DNA of 24,038 nucleotides, from positions 1 to 24,038 of IMG/VR virus record IMGVR_UViG_3300032269_000110. The stretch is one strand, 5' to 3'. How positions within the stretch are numbered: the first letter of the stretch is position 1; every line of letters starts with the position of its first letter. The stretch comes from a virus. Taxonomy: Duplodnaviria; Caudoviricetes. Both the position numbers and the translations under genes were made by a program. Under the pieces are notes generated by a model. It did not search any database and was not told where the DNA came from. It saw nothing but the letters and a program-made list of their open reading frames with translations. This document shows, piece by piece, positions 16,971 through 22,830 of the stretch.

Positions 16971-17030
16971 CTACAAGTCCAAAAGAATCGCCAGCAGTGC
17001 CGCTATTATAACGGCGATTAATAGAATCAT
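16971..17030 (-). CDS. 19-aa hydrophobic micropeptide (not in ORF track)
   Basis: MILLIAVIIAALLAILLDL; ATGA overlap with the upstream gene and GGAGG 7-8 nt upstream. Confidence 0.6.
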   Translation of the reverse strand: MILLIAVIIAALLAILLDL

Positions 17031-17218
17031 CTCATCATGGCCTCCATTGCACCGCGATTAAGCAAACGGCGCGCCTGCTGCCCTTCGGCCTGCGCCCGTT
17101 TGTATTCGTGTTCATTGGCCTTGCCTAATTCGTGTTGATAACCTAATTCGATGTAATAGTGCTCGGTGTACGTCAACGGGCGAAAAGGCGCGAGCGCCTC
17201 GGCAATAACTTCGTTCAT
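17027..17218 (-). CDS. Hypothetical early protein
   Basis: ATGA overlap and GGAGG RBS. Confidence 0.75.
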   Translation of the reverse strand: MNEVIAEALAPFRPLTYTEHYYIELGYQHELGKANEHEYKRAQAEGQQARRLLNRGAMEAMMR

Positions 17219-17625
17219 TTAAGCGCCTCCGTCAAAATACACTGCGCCATATCTACGTCGCCCGCTTTGAGCGCGTCTAACGCTTGAATAATGGCCTGCT
17301 TTGCCGTTATCTTGCGCGCCTTAACCGTGGGCACATAGTCGGCGTCTAATTCCTCCAAAACCTCGGGCGTAGTGCCGTCGTATAGCGTAGGCGCGCCGTA
17401 ATAATTCGCGCAACTGTGGGCGCAGTCAATCATTTTGCGCCGTTCATTCAAGCGGATATAGGCGCGCAAATAATCGCCGGTTGACATTGTGGGCACCCAT
17501 TGCGGGTAATCGCGCTTCTCATTGACAATTTTAGTTTTGGGCGGCTTGTCCATTGCTGCGCGGTATTGCATAGCGCGCTCGGGTTTGCATTTGACTTTAA
17601 TGCCGTGGTGTTCAAAGTTAATCAT
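17215..17625 (-). CDS. Hypothetical early protein
   Basis: Start probably ATG 17625 (MINFEHHGIKV...), 2 nt after the upstream stop. Confidence 0.75.
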   Translation of the reverse strand: MINFEHHGIKVKCKPERAMQYRAAMDKPPKTKIVNEKRDYPQWVPTMSTGDYLRAYIRLNERRKMIDCAHSCANYYGAPTLYDGTTPEVLEELDADYVPTVKARKITAKQAIIQALDALKAGDVDMAQCILTEALK

Positions 17626-17627
17626 TT

Positions 17628-17843
17628 TTAGCAGTCCCATTCTTCAAGTGTTAATTTAAAATTACAAAAATCTTTGTGTGTGTCATTGACGTGGGCGCGC
17701 ACCAGATTGCATACGGCCTCAATCAATTTAATGTCTACGGCGTCGTTTATTGTGAAATTGCCAAAAGGTTCCGCCTCCACGCCTTCGGCGTCGAAAGCAT
17801 TGCCTCGATGGAATGTAATAACGGTTCTGTCAAACGTGCTCAT
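17628..17843 (-). CDS. Hypothetical early protein
   Basis: ATGA overlap; part of the coupled minus-strand array. Confidence 0.7.
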   Translation of the reverse strand: MSTFDRTVITFHRGNAFDAEGVEAEPFGNFTINDAVDIKLIEAVCNLVRAHVNDTHKDFCNFKLTLEEWDC

Positions 17844-18043
17844 AATTTTTGAATCCTATAATCTTCAGGGTTGTGATCTAACAAAAAATTGTTGCTTGAG
17901 GCGTAGGCCATGTCGTCAAGAAAACCCGCTAATTCTTTAGCGGCTTCGTCGTATGTTTCAAACTGCACCGGCTTCATGCCGTCATGTGTCCATGTGTTAT
18001 CCCATGCGTTGAGAAAAGTCAGGGTTTGCACTTCGTAAGTCAT
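17840..18043 (-). CDS. Hypothetical early protein
   Basis: Start at ATG 18043 (MTYEVQTLTFLNAWDNTW...), ATGA overlap, AAGGA RBS. Confidence 0.75.
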   Translation of the reverse strand: MTYEVQTLTFLNAWDNTWTHDGMKPVQFETYDEAAKELAGFLDDMAYASSNNFLLDHNPEDYRIQKL

Positions 18044-18222
18044 TTTGTTTGCTTCCTTTTCCAAAGTTCGTAGTTCTGTTTCAAGCACCATTCGTCGCCG
18101 GTCTTAGGCGTGTAGCTCTCCCATTTTTTGATGTACGCGGCGCGTTGGGCGTCTGTTTTGGGTTCGTAATAAAACTCAGGCGCGCTTTTGCCAAAATATT
18201 TATCGTGCCAAGGGTCGTTCAT
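18040..18222 (-). CDS. Hypothetical early protein
   Basis: GGAGG RBS and ATGA overlaps. Confidence 0.7.
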   Translation of the reverse strand: MNDPWHDKYFGKSAPEFYYEPKTDAQRAAYIKKWESYTPKTGDEWCLKQNYELWKRKQTK

Positions 18223-18386
18223 ATTTCCTCCACCGTGGTGTCAGTCCATTCGCCCGTGTGTAGATAGTCGCCCTCGTCGCGTTGCAACATGCCAAGGGCA
18301 ATATTCTCGGCCTCCACTTGATCTTGGGCTTCTACGGTGTAATTCGCCCAAGTTTCATATTTAAAACTGATCTCATAAGTTTTCAT
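18219..18386 (-). CDS. 55-aa acidic protein, DpnD/PcfM-like pattern (not in ORF track)
   Basis: MKTYEISFKYETWANYTVEAQDQVEAENIALGMLQRDEGDYLHTGEWTDTTVEEI; AAGGA RBS; ATGA overlaps at both ends. Confidence 0.75.
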   Translation of the reverse strand: MKTYEISFKYETWANYTVEAQDQVEAENIALGMLQRDEGDYLHTGEWTDTTVEEI

Positions 18387-18568
18387 GCTATTTCCTTAAT
18401 TTCATCTACTTGATTAATAAATTCCTCGGCGTGAACTACTTTGTAGTTTTCGCTTCCCGTGAATTCCTCGAATGCCACGTCCTCGGCGTGGGCTTCGTCC
18501 TCGGCTTCTACTTCGAGGAAATAGACTTGATGTTCAATTCGTACATATTGCACTTGATAAGTTTTCAT
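18383..18568 (-). CDS. 61-aa acidic protein, DpnD/PcfM-like pattern
   Basis: MKTYQV...EVEAEDEAHAEDVA; similar to the adjacent ORF. Confidence 0.75.
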   Translation of the reverse strand: MKTYQVQYVRIEHQVYFLEVEAEDEAHAEDVAFEEFTGSENYKVVHAEEFINQVDEIKEIA

Positions 18569-18569
18569 T

Positions 18570-18902
18570 TCAATAATTCCTATAAATAAGAGTGCCGCCT
18601 TTGGTTTGGCCTACATAGGCGCCGTTTTCCTCAAGTGTTGCGATAACTTCGGCGGCGGCCTCGTCTTTGTCCATGCCCTCGGTGTCGATGCCGTATTGAT
18701 CGCGGATGTTCTCGGGGCTGTCTTCGCTAAAATCGCAACAAATTGAAATGACGTCAAGTTCTATTTCTTCGCCGGTGTCCATCTCGAATGCCTCAAGATA
18801 GTCAAATAAAAGCCCGAGGGCTTCATACGAAAATTGATCGGCGCGCCCACATGCGCGGAATTCGTCGCGGAAATTAGAGACAGTGTTTACAGTTTGGTAC
18901 AT
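18570..18902 (-). CDS. Acidic hypothetical early protein
   Basis: 110 aa, AGGGGA RBS, about 25 D/E versus 7 K/R; FSYEALGLLFDYLE...ELDVISICCDFSE core. Confidence 0.8.
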   Translation of the reverse strand: MYQTVNTVSNFRDEFRACGRADQFSYEALGLLFDYLEAFEMDTGEEIELDVISICCDFSEDSPENIRDQYGIDTEGMDKDEAAAEVIATLEENGAYVGQTKGGTLIYRNY

Positions 18903-18905
18903 AAT

Positions 18906-18989
18906 TTATCCCCTATAAGTTAAAAAAAATGCGAGCATGAGGCCGATAGCTACGGCGGCGAGAATGTCATAAATTGTTTCTTTGTTCAT
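18906..18989 (-). CDS. 27-aa single-TM peptide (not in ORF track)
   Basis: MNKETIYDILAAVAIGLMLAFFLTYRG; AAGGAA RBS; fills the gap between neighbours exactly. Confidence 0.7.
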   Translation of the reverse strand: MNKETIYDILAAVAIGLMLAFFLTYRG

Positions 18990-18990
18990 T

Positions 18991-19188
18991 TCAGTTCCTT
19001 GAGTAGTGAATGGGGCGCTCATACAAACCGCGTTCATCACGGTAAACGCTTACAAAGTGACCGTACTTTGTGCCGTCATCAAACGTCAAACTTAGCGTTT
19101 GTTCGTATGCGATCGGGCGCAAATCCCACATGTGGGAAATGTCTTCCGCTTCGAGGGCTTCGCTTAAAGTTTTGAATTTGTTTTTCAT
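18991..19188 (-). CDS. Hypothetical early protein
   Basis: Start at ATG 19188 with AGGGGTG RBS and ATGA overlap. Confidence 0.75.
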   Translation of the reverse strand: MKNKFKTLSEALEAEDISHMWDLRPIAYEQTLSLTFDDGTKYGHFVSVYRDERGLYERPIHYSRN

Positions 19189-19382
19189 GCTGTCACCCCT
19201 TGAATAGCGGGCGAATCGGTGCAAACACATATGACGCGTTCAAACTTAGGCGCGTTTTCTAACGTATGTACAACCACGTTTTTGCCGGTGTGTGTGTAAC
19301 TTTCCACGCGCATGGCGCGGCCTTGAACTTGAATGACTTGCCCGATTGTGTATTGAGCCTTAGGAATAAATGCGAATTTCAT
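19185..19382 (-). CDS. Hypothetical early protein (first gene of operon)
   Basis: AAAGG RBS; directly downstream of a strong promoter. Confidence 0.75.
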   Translation of the reverse strand: MKFAFIPKAQYTIGQVIQVQGRAMRVESYTHTGKNVVVHTLENAPKFERVICVCTDSPAIQGVTA

Positions 19383-19441
19383 AATGTTTGCCTTTACTTG
19401 AGGTTAGGTTTTACCGTTGCATTGTTTGCGCCGGTGTTTGA

Positions 19442-19469
19442 ATTATAGCATAACGTATATACACTACAA
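19442..19469 (-). promoter_or_regulatory. Strong sigma70-like early promoter
   Basis: Minus strand TTGTAG-16 nt-TATAAT with TGn extension, about 60 nt upstream of ATG 19382. Confidence 0.75.
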
Positions 19470-19497
19470 CAACTATTTTCTAAGTAGTTTCCCTAAG

Positions 19498-19871
19498 TTG
19501 TGGGTTGTTGTGTTCCGGCGTGGGTAGTGAAAACGGGCGCGAATGACCTACGCTCAAAGCCCCGTAACATATAGAAAAAATCCGTTTGTGTGTTGTTGTG
19601 GGTAGTGTTTTCTTATAACTCAAAAAAATTATATGTGTGTAAGGTTGGTGTAAGTACGCCGTTTGGGCAGCGCTTGAAAAGTGCCTTCACAACCACCCAC
19701 ACGACCCACAAACTTACATCAAACTGACAACGTAAAATGTGTGTGTGTTGTTGTGTGTTATGTAAAAACCATGACCCACAATGACCCACAAAACATAAAG
19801 CCACGCAAACCATGCAGCAAAATGACCTAGTGCAACATGGCCACGCAAACCATGACCCACAATGACCCACA
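19498..19871. repeat. Iteron-like 10-bp repeats (ATGACCCACA and variants), candidate replication origin
   Basis: Exact ATGACCCACA at 19771, 19781, 19852 and 19862; variants at 19691-19710; inverted TGTGGGT-type copies at 19499, 19520 and 19597; 25-bp repeat 19766/19847; 15-bp repeat 19800/19840. Confidence 0.7.
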
Positions 19872-20050
19872 GGGTAAACCCTAATAGGATTCGGCTTGAG
19901 GGGAGGGGGTAAGGCCGACGGCAAAGGGCCAACAAAAACGGATGGGTCACGAACAATTTTTTTTATTGCACACAACTTACCGCCCCAAGTTTTTAATTTT
20001 TTATTTTTTGTTGTAAACTCACAGCCACGTGCAAACTGCATGGAGAACAC

Positions 20051-20506
20051 ATGTTCCATTCGATTCCATTTACACCGCGCAAGGTCGAAGCAACAGAGTC
20101 GCGCTTGAAAGCGGTATACGACGCCGCAAGGCTAGGCCTCAAAGGCGACGCGCTTGCGTTGGCCGCAGGCATGTTGCCTACCGAATACCGGCAACTTACG
20201 CAACTAGACCCCGTGGTTGAGATCGCCGCGCAAAAAGGCAAAGCCGACGGCGAGATCGAGCTGTCCAAAGTAATGCACCAAGCCGCCCTCAATGGCGACG
20301 CTAAGGCGGCGTTAGAAATCCTCAAACATCAACACGGCTGGGTGGCCAAGCAGGCCATATCTGTCGAAGTCGATCAGCGTATCTCAATCACTGGCGCGCT
20401 AGCCGAAGCGCAAAAAAGAACGCTAGAAATCATAGACGTTACCCCTACTGAGGTTTTAGAATACAGTCCAGAACCTTCGAGGACTTATAATGGCCGAACC
20501 GACTAA
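20051..20506 (+). CDS. terS: Terminase small subunit (putative)
   Basis: HTH-like N-terminal half, KGKADGE...GDAKAALEILKHQHGW helical core, GGAG RBS; first gene of the packaging operon. Confidence 0.7.
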   Translation: MFHSIPFTPRKVEATESRLKAVYDAARLGLKGDALALAAGMLPTEYRQLTQLDPVVEIAAQKGKADGEIELSKVMHQAALNGDAKAALEILKHQHGWVAKQAISVEVDQRISITGALAEAQKRTLEIIDVTPTEVLEYSPEPSRTYNGRTD

Positions 20507-21008
20507 CGCTCTTGCCCCGCAAATGACTGGCGTCAATCGCCTAATAGATTGGGCCGCACAAAAAGTGCGACCCGATTTGTTTCCCACGTCTGCACGGACG
20601 TTTCTTGAAACTGTGCAAGGCAAGCGCGATCCGATCACGGAATCTAATTTTTCGCCTGCTGAGCTAGATATATTGCGCCAGTTAATTGAGTCAACCGGCG
20701 GGCGCGGTCATGTGCAGTACGACGACTACACTAACTTTATGAGACAACGCCAGCAAGAAAAAGGAATTATTCCCGCGTCGATAGCGCCAAATATTCTTTC
20801 TATGTTAGATCCTATTGGTAATGTGCAAACTACGCTAGGTAGATTTACTTATGCGCGCGACCCCGAAGGCAATTTAATTGTTAATGACAACTATGACTTC
20901 AACCCTATACGGTCTATGTCAGGCGCATACGGCGCGCTACGCAACTACGCTACTGAAAAAATACCCCCCGGCGCAGGTAGGCCAGTTAATGTTAATTTAG
21001 GGAAGTAA
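20490..21008 (+). CDS. Accessory protein inserted between terS and terL; possible colicin-M-like fold
   Basis: GAGGA RBS, overlaps terS, TAATG with terL; TTLGRF...DNYDFN...GRPVNVNLG pattern. The CDS is well supported; the function is inference. Confidence 0.7.
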   Translation: MAEPTNALAPQMTGVNRLIDWAAQKVRPDLFPTSARTFLETVQGKRDPITESNFSPAELDILRQLIESTGGRGHVQYDDYTNFMRQRQQEKGIIPASIAPNILSMLDPIGNVQTTLGRFTYARDPEGNLIVNDNYDFNPIRSMSGAYGALRNYATEKIPPGAGRPVNVNLGK

Positions 21009-22534
21009 TGCAATCGACCATATACAGCGCTGAAGACGAACAGGAATTGATGGCGCGCTTGTGGGCGCCAGCGATTAAGGACAACCCGTTGGCGTTTGTA
21101 ATGTTCGCGTTTCCTTGGGGGCAACCTGGCACACCGCTGGAACATTTCAAAGGCCCACGCAAATGGCAGCGCGAGGTCTTGCAAAGCGTCGGCGACCACA
21201 TCAAACAGAACCAAGGCAAAGTTGACTTTGATACCCTGCGACACGCCGTGTCATCTGGCCGTGGTATTGGCAAATCAGCGTTGGTCAGTTGGATCACGAT
21301 CTGGATGTTGACCACACGCATCGGCTCAACGACTATCATCTCGGCTAACAGTGAAAGTCAGCTCCGGTCAGTCACATGGGCCGAGATAACCAAGTGGATA
21401 GCGATGTCGCTTAACAGCCACTGGTTTGAAGTGTCGGCAACCAGGCTGATGCCCGCCAAGTGGCTGACTGAGCTAGTTGAACGCGACTTGAAAAAAGGCA
21501 CACGTTACTGGGGCGTGGAAGGCAGACTTTGGTCAGCAGAGAATCCTGACGCGTACGCTGGCGTACACAACTACGACGGTGTGTTGGTGGTGTTTGACGA
21601 AGCGTCTGGTATTGACGACAGCATCTGGGCGGTGACTTCTGGCTTCTTTACTGAGAACACGCCTAACCGATTCTGGATGGCGTTCTCTAACCCACGGCGT
21701 AACACTGGGTACTTCTACGAAGCGTTTAATTCAAAGCGTGAGTTCTGGACTACAAAAGTAGTAGACGCCCGCACGGTCGAGGGAACAGACAAGCAGGTCT
21801 ATCAGCAGATCATCGACGAATACGGCGCTGATTCATCACAAGCGCACGTCGAGGTGTACGGCCAGTTTCCGTCTGAAGGCGACGATCAGTTTATATCGGC
21901 TAATCTTGTGGATGACGCAATGAAGCGACCCAAGTACAAAGATGAGACAGCGCCAATCATCATCGGCGTAGACCCAGCTAGGTTTGGTGCAGATGCAACA
22001 GTTATTGCCGTGCGGCAAGGGCGGGATATTATTGCGATTCAGCGCCATCGGGGCGACGACACTATGACTGTGGTTGGTCATGTGATCGAGGCGATTGAAG
22101 AATACAAGCCCGCGCTGGTTGTAATTGACGAAGGCGGATTGGGCGCAGGCATTGTGGATCGGCTCAAGGAGCAGCGCTACAAAGTCAAGGGCATCAACTT
22201 TGGTAATAAGTCGGTCAACCCTATCATGTACGGCAACAAAAGAGCTGAAATGTGGGGCAAGATGAAAGATTGGCTCAAGACGGCATCAATACCGCTTGAC
22301 AGATTTCTTAAAACTGATCTAATTTCACCTATGATGAAACCCGACTCTAAGGGTACAATATTTTTAGAGTCGAAAAAAGACATGAAAGCACGGGGCTTGG
22401 CATCACCTGACGCGGCTGACGCGATCTGCGTGACCTTTGCATTTCCCGTGGCCTACCGTGAGGCGCGTGAATCCACGCAGCGCCGCACGTACAGTGACCG
22501 AAGCGTGGTGACAACTTCTTGGATGGGTAGTTAA
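21008..22534 (+). CDS. terL: Terminase large subunit
   Basis: WQ Q-motif, Walker A SGRGIGKS, Walker B VVFDEAS, SNP, nuclease GVDPARFG and SPDAADA. Confidence 0.95.
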   Translation: MQSTIYSAEDEQELMARLWAPAIKDNPLAFVMFAFPWGQPGTPLEHFKGPRKWQREVLQSVGDHIKQNQGKVDFDTLRHAVSSGRGIGKSALVSWITIWMLTTRIGSTTIISANSESQLRSVTWAEITKWIAMSLNSHWFEVSATRLMPAKWLTELVERDLKKGTRYWGVEGRLWSAENPDAYAGVHNYDGVLVVFDEASGIDDSIWAVTSGFFTENTPNRFWMAFSNPRRNTGYFYEAFNSKREFWTTKVVDARTVEGTDKQVYQQIIDEYGADSSQAHVEVYGQFPSEGDDQFISANLVDDAMKRPKYKDETAPIIIGVDPARFGADATVIAVRQGRDIIAIQRHRGDDTMTVVGHVIEAIEEYKPALVVIDEGGLGAGIVDRLKEQRYKVKGINFGNKSVNPIMYGNKRAEMWGKMKDWLKTASIPLDRFLKTDLISPMMKPDSKGTIFLESKKDMKARGLASPDAADAICVTFAFPVAYREARESTQRRTYSDRSVVTTSWMGS

Positions 22535-22535
22535 A

Positions 22536-22685
22536 ATGCAAAAGCCCGGACTTTATGCCAATATTCACGCTAAACAGGCTCGTATAAAAGCCGGTTCCGG
22601 CGAAAAAATGAACAAAGTTGGTAGCAAAAACGCACCTACTGCCAAAGACTTCAAAGATTCAGCTAAAACTGCAAAGAAGAAATAA
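22536..22685 (+). CDS. 49-aa basic protein (not in ORF track)
   Basis: [49 protein letters not shown]; the GLYANIHAK motif is one I recall from other phages. Confidence 0.8.
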   Translation: MQKPGLYANIHAKQARIKAGSGEKMNKVGSKNAPTAKDFKDSAKTAKKK

Positions 22686-22686
22686 C

Positions 22687-22830
22687 ATGCCACTCGTTAA
22701 ATCTAAATCACCCCAAGCATTTCGCAAAAACGTGGCCGCTGAGGTAAAATCTGGCAAACCCGTCAAGCAAGCAGTAGCGATTGCGTATTCAGTAAAGCGC
22801 GAAGCTGCTAAACCTGCAAAGAAAAAATAA
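22687..22830 (+). CDS. 47-aa basic protein (QAVAIA motif)
   Basis: [47 protein letters not shown]; start at ATG 22687; TAATG overlap with the portal. Confidence 0.8.
   Translation: MPLVKSKSPQAFRKNVAAEVKSGKPVKQAVAIAYSVKREAAKPAKKK

Noticed and set aside
19498-19871. CRISPR or mini-CRISPR array
   Set aside because: Repeats are 10-25 bp, irregularly spaced, in both orientations and without uniform unique spacers. The Cas4-like gene fits an ordinary phage replication exonuclease.
19613-20108. ORFs 19613-20059(-), 19714-19956(-) and 19896-20108(+)
   Set aside because: Their translations just mirror the DNA repeats (VGHCGSWF twice) and lack convincing RBSs; the region is better explained as non-coding.
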